Source of the DNA: Candidatus Andersenbacteria bacterium RIFCSPHIGHO2_02_FULL_46_16
GTDB taxonomy: Bacteria > Patescibacteriota > Andersenbacteria > UBA10190
Length of the DNA stretch: 64,000 nt
Assembly (NCBI GenBank): GCA_001817065.1
Contig: MHHQ01000015.1
Coordinates: 1,017-65,016 of the forward strand
Direction of reading: 5' to 3'
Shown one piece after another: positions 47,207 to 57,270 of this stretch. Made by a program: the position numbers and the translations under genes. How positions within the stretch are numbered: position 1 is the stretch's first letter; each line of letters begins with the position of its first letter. The notes beneath the pieces were generated by a model. That model saw only the letters and a program-made list of their open reading frames with translations, was not told where the DNA came from and ran no database searches.

Positions 47207-47956
47207 CTATTTCGTTTGCTGGCGGGCGAGATATTCCAGGCCTTTGCCGACGTCCGTGTTGATGGGGACGCCTTTGGCACAGAGGGGGCACGTTGCTTCA
47301 TCCCACGCGTCGAGCTTGACGTTAACCAGAGCGAACAGTTCTTGTGGGTCAGCTACGTCGGCCGGGGTAACACTGCCGCGGTTGCAGAGGACACCGAGGC
47401 CGACGACCTTCCCGCCAAGTTGGCGAGTTACATTAATTACCTTCTTAGCGGAGCCGCCGGTGGTGAGAACGTCCTCAACGACTAAGACGTTTTTACCCAC
47501 ACAGTCCTTATCATAGCCCCGACGAATAACAAAGTTACCTGATGTTACCAGGAGTTCCTCACCGGGTTGGATGATAAACTTCATTGGAAAGAGTCTGGCA
47601 ACGTAGTTAATGGATACCTCACAAGGTTCTTCCCCGTCACACTTGAAGATGGATCGTTCATCCTTTTGGGCATAGATGCCTAGTATCTCGCGGCCGGTTA
47701 ATGCCGACAAATGATGGGCCGTCCATTGTGAGAGCATGATTCCGCCAAGGGCTGGGGCGACGACCACATCGATTGGATATTGGGCGAAGTGTTCGGCGAT
47801 AGCCTGGCACAAAGCTGATGTCTCTTTCCCGTGCGGATAAACGGCATCCTTGTTGACGTAGGCGGTGCCGTGTTTACCGGATGTATACACGATGTGGCTG
47901 TTGGTGATGACGGCGCCAACTTTCTCCAGGATTTCTAGGACTTTTTGCTCGGTCAT
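47207..47956 (-). CDS. pyrE: Orotate phosphoribosyltransferase-like (type I PRTase)
   Basis: PRPP-binding motif VLVVEDVLTTGGS; OPRTase-like N-terminal region; unusual Cys-containing C-terminal extension. Confidence 0.55.
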   Translation of the reverse strand: MTEQKVLEILEKVGAVITNSHIVYTSGKHGTAYVNKDAVYPHGKETSALCQAIAEHFAQYPIDVVVAPALGGIMLSQWTAHHLSALTGREILGIYAQKDERSIFKCDGEEPCEVSINYVARLFPMKFIIQPGEELLVTSGNFVIRRGYDKDCVGKNVLVVEDVLTTGGSAKKVINVTRQLGGKVVGLGVLCNRGSVTPADVADPQELFALVNVKLDAWDEATCPLCAKGVPINTDVGKGLEYLARQQTK

Positions 47957-47965
47957 GGGTTCACC

Positions 47966-48931
47966 TCATTTCGATAGGGATTGGTTAATCTGATCACGGA
48001 GTTTGAACGTGGCGCTGCGAGCTGCTTCGGCAAAGTTTGCGTCGTTAGAAGCGAAAATAATATCGCGCGCAGAGTTGACGATAATACCGGCGCCGCGGCT
48101 GTCCTTACCTGCTGTCACTGATTTCTTGACGTCGGCACCTTGTTTTCCTATGCCTGGTAAGAGAATTGGCATTGTATCACCGACGAGCATGCGAACTTCG
48201 CGAAGTTCATTGGGATAGGTTGCGCCGACGACTAAACCGCAGTTTAGGTGGCTATTCCAATGCTGGGATACCCGATGAGCGACGTATTTGTAGAATGGCA
48301 TGTAATTGCCAGGGACAACATCGCCGCAGACGTCTAGGTCTTGAAACTCACCGGCGCCCGGGTTGGATGTGCGGCAGAGCACAAAGATGCCTTTATCCGC
48401 TAGGGCCAGAAAAGGTTGCAGCGACTCAGCACCGAGATACGGGTGAACGGTGATAGCGTCCGCGTTCATAGAACGAAAAGCCGCATCTATGTAACCCAGA
48501 TTCGAGTTGCCTATGTCACCGCGCTTGGCATCATAAATCACCGGGACATTGGGTGCCATGTCGTGAATAAGGGCGATCGTGCGTTGCAGGGCATTGATGC
48601 CATTTACTCCATGAGGTTCGTAAAATGCGGCATTAGGTTTGTAGGCGCAGACAAGATCTCCTGTTGCCTCAACAATCGCCCTATTAAAGGCAAGAATTGT
48701 GTTTAAAACGTCAATAGGGCCTTCAGGGCTAAATCTTATACGACTGGACTCGGGGATCTTGTCTAGTTGGCTATCGAGGCCAACGCATACGAAGTTGTTA
48801 CGAGCCCACTGAGCCTCCAACAGTTCCCGAAAGTTGCGATGGTTCGTTGCCACGGTTACATCTCCTATAATAGTGTTCAGTTGACGAGGTACAAAGTGAG
48901 CCAAGCACACGCCGGACTCTACTCGAGGCAT
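47966..48931 (-). CDS. pyrF: Orotidine 5'-phosphate decarboxylase, type 2
   Basis: FVCVGLD...VIYDAKRGDIGNS motifs characteristic of type 2 OMP decarboxylase. Confidence 0.6.
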   Translation of the reverse strand: MPRVESGVCLAHFVPRQLNTIIGDVTVATNHRNFRELLEAQWARNNFVCVGLDSQLDKIPESSRIRFSPEGPIDVLNTILAFNRAIVEATGDLVCAYKPNAAFYEPHGVNGINALQRTIALIHDMAPNVPVIYDAKRGDIGNSNLGYIDAAFRSMNADAITVHPYLGAESLQPFLALADKGIFVLCRTSNPGAGEFQDLDVCGDVVPGNYMPFYKYVAHRVSQHWNSHLNCGLVVGATYPNELREVRMLVGDTMPILLPGIGKQGADVKKSVTAGKDSRGAGIIVNSARDIIFASNDANFAEAARSATFKLRDQINQSLSK

Positions 48932-49084
48932 ATTATATGAATATAAGAAAAGCGCAAGATTGGTAGACTTGGTGTAGCGGGCTTACTCGATCAATTAAAA
49001 AAACGGCTGGTGGGTTGATTCGCTGGTGACGAATTCCAAGAGCCGCTAAGGGGTAGCCGAGGTTTGGATACAATTAGACCAGGT

Positions 49085-49558
49085 CTATGCTGCTGCTGTA
49101 GGAGAAGCAGTGAAGAGATAGTTGTGTTCTCCGGTCCCGCCATCCTCCCTGTAGACTTCGATCGGTTTCCCGATAACTGATGCCAGCTGGTAAAACCGTA
49201 ATTCATCGAGTGGGAGCATGCCGAGCATATCATAGGTGTCGATGTGTTCAGGCAATTCCACTTGGACAGTCTTGTATCGATTCTTGTTTAATCCAAACCA
49301 TCGCAAGTTGAAAGGGAACTGACGCTTGACTAGTGCTGGTTGGGGATTGAACACTGGCCTTAAGTTTTGAGGCTGTATACCGATGAGAGGTAAAAGTCGC
49401 ACTAATGGTATCCACCAGCAGAGACTGTGGATAGAGACCGATCGCCATTCAATAAAGTTAAATGGCCTGGCTGAAAAGCTGATCGACGGGGCCTTGGCAA
49501 AAGCATCCTTTATCTCTTGATCGGTAATACTTTCGGGACTGGGATGTTTTTGTGTCAC
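49085..49558 (-). CDS. Hypothetical protein (157 aa)
   Basis: ORF track; no recognisable family. Confidence 0.35.
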   Translation of the reverse strand: MTQKHPSPESITDQEIKDAFAKAPSISFSARPFNFIEWRSVSIHSLCWWIPLVRLLPLIGIQPQNLRPVFNPQPALVKRQFPFNLRWFGLNKNRYKTVQVELPEHIDTYDMLGMLPLDELRFYQLASVIGKPIEVYREDGGTGEHNYLFTASPTAAA

Positions 49559-49692
49559 TGGGTTTATCCTTTCAAAGAACGGGTTGAAGATTATCTAGGC
49601 GCCGTGCCTAGATTCAAGACAGGGATAGCATGGGTGTACTAAAATGTCCAGCGCCTGAAGCTGGCTTAAAAGGCTAATTCTAACACCAGGTG

Positions 49693-50268
49693 CTAGGATT
49701 GTTTGTTTTCCATTCTGGATTTTATTTTTTTGTATAGAAGCTTGGTGTCAAAAAAAATATTTTTAACACCCCAAGGTGATAATTCGCAAAGTGAGCAGTT
49801 TAGTTGGGGGAGGTCAATGTTATCTTTAAAAGACAGGCTTACGTATGATTTATCTGCTACTAATATCTTCCAGTGAAAACTGATGTTAGTAATATCCTCA
49901 TAGGGCACCTTAATAAAACCTTCTTCGTTTATATTTAATATTTGTTCTTGGTCTGGACTGCTACCGGTGAGATTTTGCATGGCTTTGCTTAATTCAATAT
50001 CATCAAGAATTGGCGTGAACAGCTGCCGGTAATATTTATTGCCTCCTTTGGTAATGGTTTTTGTTGACCAGGCAATGCGTGTTTCATATAAGGATTTGTC
50101 ATCAGCAGCAACTTCATGCTTGGTGATTAAAACCGAGGCAGGCAATAGAATTAATAGCCGAACTTTTTGTGCTTTTGATGTACCACAATTAATTTGCCTA
50201 AGTTCGTTTAATTTGATCGTTATTGTTGGCATTTGATGATAGTATACACGATTTTCGGTAAGTCCCAT
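49693..50268 (-). CDS. Hypothetical protein (191 aa), AT-rich gene
   Basis: ORF track; lower GC than flanks; lies next to tRNA-Leu. Confidence 0.4.
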   Translation of the reverse strand: MGLTENRVYYHQMPTITIKLNELRQINCGTSKAQKVRLLILLPASVLITKHEVAADDKSLYETRIAWSTKTITKGGNKYYRQLFTPILDDIELSKAMQNLTGSSPDQEQILNINEEGFIKVPYEDITNISFHWKILVADKSYVSLSFKDNIDLPQLNCSLCELSPWGVKNIFFDTKLLYKKIKSRMENKQS

Positions 50269-50406
50269 GCCAAAATGAAGTTCTGAAGGGAGATTTGCAT
50301 ATTAACTCAGTGTCCGCTTGTCGGACTGGCGAGCTAATCCAATGTGCCCGGGTGGGAGTCGCCATGAACCACTTAGGGTTCTGGGTAAATAACCCGTAAT
50401 TAATTG

Positions 50407-50489
50407 TGCCGCGGGAGAGACTCGAACTCTCATGGGATTACTCCCACAGGTTTTTGAGACCTGAGCGTCTACCATTCCGCCACCGCGGC
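50407..50489 (-). tRNA. tRNA-Leu (anticodon CAA), type II with long variable arm
   Basis: Reverse complement gives the cloverleaf: acceptor GCCGCGG/CCGCGGC, D-arm GCG...CGC with GG, anticodon stem CAGGT/ACCTG with loop CTCAAAA, variable stem GGGA/TCCC, T-loop GTTCGAGT, discriminator A; CCA not encoded. Confidence 0.85.
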
Positions 50490-50765
50490 TAAATCAGCTA
50501 CTATAATGATGTGAAAGGGTCATGGCTGGCTGATGAATAGAGTACATGTTTTTGCTGGCTAATTCCAGCTAGGTTAAGCGTAAACCTGGTAAGATGTGCA
50601 GTGGGGGCATATTGGAGATATTATTATTGGTGTAGATGTGAGTAAATTGTGAGTAAGTAAGTTGTGCTTAATGACTGGATATGTCTACACTTAGGGTATA
50701 TTAAGTGTGGAATTTTTAAAATTTATAGTGTCCTTCTAATTTTAAGGGGCGGTAAATAAAGTCAT

Positions 50766-51530
50766 ATGAGTGAAGTATTGGCGGTGACTAATCAAAAAGG
50801 AGGAGTAGGCAAAACAACCACCAGTATAAATTTGGGCAGTTATTTAGCGGCAGCGGGCGCCAAGGTGGCGATTATTGATTTGGATCCACAAGCGAATGCT
50901 ACGTCCGGTTTGGGCGTGAAAGTGGGGGAGGATACGCCGACTTTATATGAAGTGCTGACTGGACAGGTAAGTGCCACAAAAGCTCTGCAAGCAACTGGTC
51001 ATGATAATTTGAATATAATACCATCTAGCACCAATTTAGCTGGAGCGGCGATAGAACTGATGGATAGGCCTTATCGGGAATATCGTTTACGACGAGAGAT
51101 TAAAGCGCTGAAAGATTATTATGATTTTATTATTATTGATTGTCCGCCGAGTTTGGGATTGCTGACAATCAATGGTCTGGTAGCGGCTGACCGCTTATTA
51201 ATACCAGTGCAATGTGAATTTTATGCCGTGGAAGGTCTGGGTCAGTTATTGGAGACGGTGGAATTGGTACGGGCTCATTTAAATCCGAGATTGCAGGTGC
51301 TGGGTGCGCTCCTAACTATGTATGACAAGCGAACGGCCATGGCACGAAAAATTGTCCGACAGGTACGGCAGACATTTCCTGGTCATGTTTTTGAAAGTGT
51401 CATACCGAGAAATACCGAGTTAGCGGAGGCGCCCAGTAAAGGCCGCTCTATTTTGGGTTATGCGAAGTATTCGCGAGGGGCTAAGGCTTATGAATTTTTA
51501 TCCGCTGAACTAATTAATCTATACAAATAA
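50766..51530 (+). CDS. parA: Chromosome partitioning ATPase ParA/Soj
   Basis: Deviant Walker A NQKGGVGKTTTSINLG. Confidence 0.9.
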   Translation: MSEVLAVTNQKGGVGKTTTSINLGSYLAAAGAKVAIIDLDPQANATSGLGVKVGEDTPTLYEVLTGQVSATKALQATGHDNLNIIPSSTNLAGAAIELMDRPYREYRLRREIKALKDYYDFIIIDCPPSLGLLTINGLVAADRLLIPVQCEFYAVEGLGQLLETVELVRAHLNPRLQVLGALLTMYDKRTAMARKIVRQVRQTFPGHVFESVIPRNTELAEAPSKGRSILGYAKYSRGAKAYEFLSAELINLYK

Positions 51531-52927
51531 TGAAAAATGTATTTAGAGGAGGGTTAAGATCGTTAATACCTAACCGTAATGTCCAAGACGCTGATGATGT
51601 ATTGGATGAGTTAGAAGATGACGAACTGGATCAGGAAGAGGAAACGGAAGAAATAAAGCCCGGACGTAAATTACCTATTGCGTTGGAAGAAGAGGAGGAA
51701 GAACCCGGTGGGGAAGTAAAGGGAGCAGAGGTAGAGGACATGATAGAAGAAGAGGAGGAAGAGGTATGGAAAGCGCCGGTGGCACCAAAAGTGACACCTC
51801 TACAGATTGATTTTGATGATGATGAGGGTCCTGATTTGAAATTGCAGCAAGCGAAGAAGCAAAAACCAAAAGAATCAGTAAAGGCGAGACTAAATGACCT
51901 GGAGGTAAAAATTGAGGAAAGACCAAGGCAGAAAAAATTAGTAGTGGCAGACAGTGAAAGCATCCCAGAACAGGCTGTGGTTAACGAGGGAACGGTTCAG
52001 CCCAAAGAAATTAAACCGGTTCGGGTAGCCGCGGGAAAACCCGCTAGCGGCAACATTTGGGATAAACACGAAGGGGATGTGCAGCATGTAAAGGTTGATG
52101 ATATAGGCATTAACCCGAATCAACCGCGGCGCAGATTTGATAAGGTAGACATGGAAGAATTAAAGAGTTCAATCGCTCAGCATGGCATTCTGCAGCCATT
52201 GGTGGTGCGACGAACGGATGATGGATTTGAGTTAGTGGCCGGTGAACGGAGACTGCGAGCAGCTAAAGATTTGGGTTGGGAAAAAGTGCCATGTGTGATC
52301 AGGAAGGATGTTACATCAGGTGCCTCGCGTCTCGAGCTCGCGTTAATTGAGAATATTCAGCGGGAGGATTTGAATCCGGTAGAAGAAGCGTTGGCTTATA
52401 AACAGCTCAATGAGGAATATGGCATGACCCATGAGGAAATTGGCGAGAGGGTGGGACGAAGCCGGGTGGGGATCACTAATATTATCCGAGTACTGCAATT
52501 GCCGGAAGAAATACAGCGTGGCTTGATAGATAATAAGATCTCGCCGGGACATGCTAAAGCGATCTTGATGATTCCGGATGAGGAGAAGCAATTACGATTC
52601 TATCGGCACTTAGTGGAAGAAGGATTGACGGTTAGAAAGGCCGAAACGCGCGCGCGCCGTATTCAGCGCACAATGCGGCTGGATGATCCGATGCGGCGAA
52701 AGCGAAAAGGCAGGACAGCGTTTGAGATGAAATATAGCGGCGTCCTCGAAGATCGATACGGATTTGATGCGAAGGTGAGGTTCGATGAACACAAAAATCG
52801 TTATGAGGTAGTGTTCCGATGTTTCAACAAAGAGGAAATTGACCAGCTGTTAGGTCGTTTAACGGGGACAGAATCACTGCCAGAGGAAAGCCAGGACAGG
52901 GACGTGATTGACGCGGATGAAGACTAG
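51530..52927 (+). CDS. parB: Chromosome partitioning protein ParB/Spo0J with long acidic N-terminal extension
   Basis: ParB box GERRLRAAKDLGW and an HTH; about 150-aa Glu/Asp-rich N-terminal extension; start overlaps the parA stop. Confidence 0.85.
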   Translation: MKNVFRGGLRSLIPNRNVQDADDVLDELEDDELDQEEETEEIKPGRKLPIALEEEEEEPGGEVKGAEVEDMIEEEEEEVWKAPVAPKVTPLQIDFDDDEGPDLKLQQAKKQKPKESVKARLNDLEVKIEERPRQKKLVVADSESIPEQAVVNEGTVQPKEIKPVRVAAGKPASGNIWDKHEGDVQHVKVDDIGINPNQPRRRFDKVDMEELKSSIAQHGILQPLVVRRTDDGFELVAGERRLRAAKDLGWEKVPCVIRKDVTSGASRLELALIENIQREDLNPVEEALAYKQLNEEYGMTHEEIGERVGRSRVGITNIIRVLQLPEEIQRGLIDNKISPGHAKAILMIPDEEKQLRFYRHLVEEGLTVRKAETRARRIQRTMRLDDPMRRKRKGRTAFEMKYSGVLEDRYGFDAKVRFDEHKNRYEVVFRCFNKEEIDQLLGRLTGTESLPEESQDRDVIDADED

Positions 52928-52929
52928 CG

Positions 52930-53170
52930 ATATAAATACTCAAATCCTAAATTCTTAAATCCGAAACAAATTTGAATATTTAAAACTGAAAACGTCCTGC
53001 TACGCTAATGCTTTATTTTTTGGATGAAGCCTCGGACGAAAGGTCTGAAGGAAAAGTAAGGCGTAAAATCAAAATGTCAAAGGCCAAATGTCTATTCAAA
53101 TCCAAATGTCAAAGAAGGCAAGAATAAAAGCTTAGTGTCCAAACCACAAAATCCCAATACCAAAAAAATC
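52930..53170. repeat. A-rich low-complexity mosaic repeat
   Basis: caaatcctaaattcttaaatccgaaacaaat...aaaatcaaaatgtcaaaggccaaatgtctattcaaatccaaatgtcaaag. Confidence 0.6.
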
Positions 53171-53219
53171 CCCTATATGCGATATAGGGGTGGGGTGAAA
53201 GGATGTGATCCAATGATCG

Positions 53220-53399
53220 TCATTTCGGTTCCACAAGGTCTTGTTCGATGATTATAGCGTACATGCCGCTCCTCATTGATATGTGCCTCCCGTTTGTGAG
53301 CCAGAGCTCGATTCCTGTATCGATCATCCATTTGTACTTCGTGACTTCATACACACGCTCGAACCCCGCACCGATAAGTGTCACTGTTGTAGGTTGCAT
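53220..53399 (-). CDS. Small hypothetical protein (59 aa) downstream of topA
   Basis: SD GGAGG 7 nt before ATG; near-consensus promoter about 135 nt upstream; not in the ORF track (<60 aa). Confidence 0.4.
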   Translation of the reverse strand: MQPTTVTLIGAGFERVYEVTKYKWMIDTGIELWLTNGRHISMRSGMYAIIIEQDLVEPK

Positions 53400-53537
53400 C
53401 GTTTAACCTCCAGTCCAAGACTTGCTTACGAAAAGGGCAGTCATTGCCATAACAATATTGCCTTTCTAGGCAAGGCTCTGAACTGGAAGAAGAATGAACA
53501 GCTCCGGTGACTTCACTCAATGTGCAAGTCGTTCGTT

Positions 53538-53565
53538 AGTATACGGATAAATACTACTTTGTCAA
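53538..53565 (-). promoter_or_regulatory. Near-consensus sigma70 promoter TTGACA-16-TATACT (minus strand)
   Basis: Read on the minus strand: TTGACAaagtagtatttatccgTATACT, immediately after the topA stop. Confidence 0.45.
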
Positions 53566-53591
53566 TCTAGGCGATTAAACAGGTGTTATTT

Positions 53592-55829
53592 TTAGTCAGG
53601 AGCTGGGGCGGTGTGGCCGCATTCTTTGTTGGAGCAGCGGACAGTGTTCTTGGCAGCAAATACTAATAAACTTTGACAGTCTGGACACTTGTCACCAGTA
53701 GGTTTGCTCCAGTAGGCGTTCTCGCATTTGGGATATTGATTGCAAGCGTAGAAAACTCGGCCGCGTTTAGACTTTTTCTCGACGATATCGCCTTCATTAC
53801 ATTTAGGACATTTTACACCGACGGTCTTTTCAATTTTCTTAATATATTTACAGTCGGGATAACCAGAACAACCCATGAATGGTCCGAACCGGCCGCGTTT
53901 AAGCGCTAATGGTTTACCACAGTCAGGACATTTTTCTTTGGCAGCTAGGTCCTCCAGCTCTTTATCCGGTCCGATATTCTCGGTGAACTTGCAATCGGGG
54001 TAATTGCTGCACGCTTTGAACTTACCGAAGCGACCAAGCTTGATGACGAGTTCGTTTTCGCATTTAGGACATTTCTCGCCGGTTTTTTCTTGAGTGAGTT
54101 CGTCTTTATTGAGTTCTTTTTGTTTCTGTTTGATAGTCTTATGAAATGGCCCATAAAATTCTTTGATAATCGGCTGCCACTTCTTTTTACCGGAGGCAAT
54201 TTGATCCAGGTCGGCTTCAACGAGAGCAGTAAATTCAGTATCAACAATGTTGGGGAAATGATCTTTGAGTAAGTTGGTGACCAGGATACCTATTTCCGTC
54301 GGTTCTAATCTTTTGGCGTCATTCTTTTGGACGTATTCTCTTTTTTGGACAGTATCGATCGTGGGAGCGTAGGTACTTGGGCGGCCAATACCAAAATGTT
54401 CTAAAGCTTTGACCAATGTAGCTTCAGAATAACGGGCTGGCGGCTCTGTAAAGTGTTGTTCTGGCGCAAGCTTGATAAAATCCAATGGATCGTTAGCAGC
54501 GAGCTCGGGCAATAGTGCCTCTTTGAAATAAGCTTTGTCCTGAGAATAAACGCGGGTATAGCCGGGGAAGGCGATAGTGGTGCCGATGGCTTTGAATTGA
54601 AATGATTTTTTAGCGGTGGGGGTCGATGGTGTTGCGTCGATGAGGGCGGTGACCATTTTTAGCTTGGCATCGGCCATTTGACTGGCAACCATTCTTTCCC
54701 AGATTAACCGATAAAGTTTTAACTGGTCGGGAGACAGATGCGCAGTGATTTGCTCTGGCAGGCGGGATGGTTTAGTTGGGCGGATAGCTTCATGGGCTTC
54801 CTGGGCACCCTTCGATTTATTTTTGAACTTACGAGGCTCAGACAGAGCAAAGTCAGGACCAAAATTCTTCGTAATTACATCATAGGCCTGTCTGGTAGCC
54901 TCATCAGCTAAGCTAACAGAGTCTGTACGCATATAGGTAATTAAACCAACGGGTCCTTTGGATCCCAGATCGATTCCTTCATATAACTGCTGCGCTAACA
55001 TCATGGTTTTTTTACTGGAAAAACCTAGTTTACTAAAAGCGGCTTGCTGCAAAGTACTGGTAGTAAATGGTGGTGGCGCAGAGCGTTTTTTATCGGTGGT
55101 GGATACTTGATTAATGGTATAGGCGGCTGAATCAAGAGCCTTTAAGATAGCATCGATTTCCGCTTTGGATTTAAGATCTTTTTTGGCTACTTTTTGACCA
55201 TTGTTTATAAATATTTCAGCTGTGAATGGAGAGTCATCCTTTGATAAGTGGGCAGTCAATGACCAGTATTCTTCTGGTTTAAACGCCTTAATTTCGTCTT
55301 CACGCTCGACGATCAATCGGACAGCGACGGATTGGACTCGTCCGGCGGAAAGGCCACGGCGAATTTTCTTCCATAACAAGGGAGATAGTTCATAACCGAC
55401 TAGGCGATCGAGGATACGGCGGGCTTGCTGCGCATCAACTAAATGCTGATCGATGGAGCGTGGACTGATTATGGCTTTTTGAATAGCAGATTTAGTGATT
55501 TCATCAAAGGTGATGCGTTGGCAGGTAGCCGGATCGGCACCAAGAATATTGGCCAAATGCCAGGCGATAGCTTCTCCCTCACGATCTTCGTCAGTGGCGA
55601 AGTAAATCTCTTCAGCGTGTTTCGCGGCTTTTTTTAACGCGGTGACATTTTTCTCGGCTTTAACCGGGATAACATAGTCGGGTTTAAAATTATGTTTGGT
55701 ATCAACGCCAAGCTTGCTCTTAGGCAAGTCGCGGATATGACCATAACTGCTGGTGACGTGATAGTCTGACCCAAGATATTTTTGAATGGTTTTAGCTTTG
55801 GCTGGCGACTCGACAATGACTAATTTCAT
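53592..55829 (-). CDS. topA: DNA topoisomerase I with C-terminal zinc-ribbon repeats
   Basis: MKLVIVESPAKAKTIQKYLG Toprim start, catalytic Tyr region, and four CxxC...CxxC ribbons at the C-terminus. Confidence 0.9.
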   Translation of the reverse strand: MKLVIVESPAKAKTIQKYLGSDYHVTSSYGHIRDLPKSKLGVDTKHNFKPDYVIPVKAEKNVTALKKAAKHAEEIYFATDEDREGEAIAWHLANILGADPATCQRITFDEITKSAIQKAIISPRSIDQHLVDAQQARRILDRLVGYELSPLLWKKIRRGLSAGRVQSVAVRLIVEREDEIKAFKPEEYWSLTAHLSKDDSPFTAEIFINNGQKVAKKDLKSKAEIDAILKALDSAAYTINQVSTTDKKRSAPPPFTTSTLQQAAFSKLGFSSKKTMMLAQQLYEGIDLGSKGPVGLITYMRTDSVSLADEATRQAYDVITKNFGPDFALSEPRKFKNKSKGAQEAHEAIRPTKPSRLPEQITAHLSPDQLKLYRLIWERMVASQMADAKLKMVTALIDATPSTPTAKKSFQFKAIGTTIAFPGYTRVYSQDKAYFKEALLPELAANDPLDFIKLAPEQHFTEPPARYSEATLVKALEHFGIGRPSTYAPTIDTVQKREYVQKNDAKRLEPTEIGILVTNLLKDHFPNIVDTEFTALVEADLDQIASGKKKWQPIIKEFYGPFHKTIKQKQKELNKDELTQEKTGEKCPKCENELVIKLGRFGKFKACSNYPDCKFTENIGPDKELEDLAAKEKCPDCGKPLALKRGRFGPFMGCSGYPDCKYIKKIEKTVGVKCPKCNEGDIVEKKSKRGRVFYACNQYPKCENAYWSKPTGDKCPDCQSLLVFAAKNTVRCSNKECGHTAPAPD

Positions 55830-56231
55830 AAATTAAAAAGATAATATAAAATAGAAGGGATCTGGTGAAGTGAAATAAAAAATATCAATATTTGAATAGT
55901 ATAGCGTATTGATATATGGAAACAGTAGGGAGTGTCAAACAGTAAAATACAAAACGTAAAACGAAACGCGGAAAATAACGATGAAAAATTAATAGCTTAC
56001 GGCCGGTAAATTGATAAAATTTAAAAGTAAAATATTCTTGCACGAAAACACGTAAAGCGTATATACATAAATGGTTCTTTTGGCATGTGTTGTTGACGTT
56101 GTCTTTGGTTGACGTGAGAGATAATGCATGCATTTGAGCAGGACGGATGAACTGTTGCTTTTGTGGCTTAAAGAGATCTGCCCTGCTTTTTTTATTGGTA
56201 AATGGCAGACACGAAGAAAGGCGAACAAAAT

Positions 56232-57107
56232 TTAGCCTTTTCTTGTATATCTCATACCACCGAGGTGCTCGATGACATCGAGCAATTCTAGTTCGGTTAA
56301 GGTGACGGAAAGAATGGGTGAGGGCAGGCTAGTGATAGACACTAACTGATCCACGTGAAGAGGGGTAGAGGACATTGCACCTAAGACAATTTTTTGCAGG
56401 TCGGTGAGAACGGCAGTGTTGTGGTTTGAAGCTGTGACGATAGGATCAATATTAAGCAATGCAAAAGCATCTTCTGGGGTGAGCAAAGGAGTGGCGCCTT
56501 GTTGAATAAGTTGGTTCGTGCCGGCCGATAATGTGTCAGTGATCGCGCCCGGAACGGCTGCTACGTCTCGGCCATACTCCAGAGCGAGACGCGCGGTGAT
56601 AAGCGAGCCTGAGCGAGCAGCCGCTTGAACGACTAGTGTCGCCATAGTCAAGCCGGCAATGATGCGGTTGCGAGCGGGGAAATGAAACTGCAACGGGGCA
56701 GTGCCGTTCGGGTATTCCGAGATAATGACACCGCCATCCTTAATAATAGCGTTGGCTAATTTGATATGAAGCCTGGGGTATATAGAAGCATCGTCAAGGC
56801 CGGAGCCTAGCACCGCGATAGTGGGAGTGTGATAAGACAGGCACAAGTTATGGGCAATAGAGTCAACACCATAGGCTAATCCAGAGACAAGAGGAACGCC
56901 GTTTTTAACTAAGGGAGTAAGCAGACGATCGATAGCTTGTTTGCCGTAGGCAGATGATTTTCGGCTGCCGACTACGGCCAACAAAGGAGAGAAGTTGAGC
57001 AGGTTTGCGTTGCCGCTAACGTATAGCGGATCGGGCGGATCGAAAATTTCTTTAAGAAGAGCAGGGTAGAGGGGATCGTTCAGCGCAATGGCGATAATAG
57101 TAGACAC
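56232..57107 (-). CDS. dprA: DNA processing protein DprA (Smf)
   Basis: Rossmann-like LAVVGSRKSSAYGKQAIDRLLTPLVKNGVPLVSGLAYGVDSIAH. Confidence 0.8.
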   Translation of the reverse strand: MSTIIAIALNDPLYPALLKEIFDPPDPLYVSGNANLLNFSPLLAVVGSRKSSAYGKQAIDRLLTPLVKNGVPLVSGLAYGVDSIAHNLCLSYHTPTIAVLGSGLDDASIYPRLHIKLANAIIKDGGVIISEYPNGTAPLQFHFPARNRIIAGLTMATLVVQAAARSGSLITARLALEYGRDVAAVPGAITDTLSAGTNQLIQQGATPLLTPEDAFALLNIDPIVTASNHNTAVLTDLQKIVLGAMSSTPLHVDQLVSITSLPSPILSVTLTELELLDVIEHLGGMRYTRKG

Positions 57108-57270
57108 AATTATATTTTATGTCCGGGAACAACTGGGCGCAAAATTTTATACGATCAGATTATGCATGGAGAAATCATCGCGAAAATAGCAAGCCTACTC
57201 CATCTTACTAGTTACAGCGAAATTTCTTGCTTCAACTAGATGATTCCCCGCGGTCTTGCCGCGTGGAGGT

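Noticed and set aside
50280-50400. Second tRNA or tmRNA-like gene beside tRNA-Leu
   Set aside because: The segment gcccgggtgggagtcgcc... does not fold into a cloverleaf and carries no tmRNA signature, so it is only GC-rich spacer.
53283-53510. Plus-strand ORF 53283-53510 (75 aa)
   Set aside because: It has no RBS and is antisense to the better-supported minus-strand small ORF and its leader.
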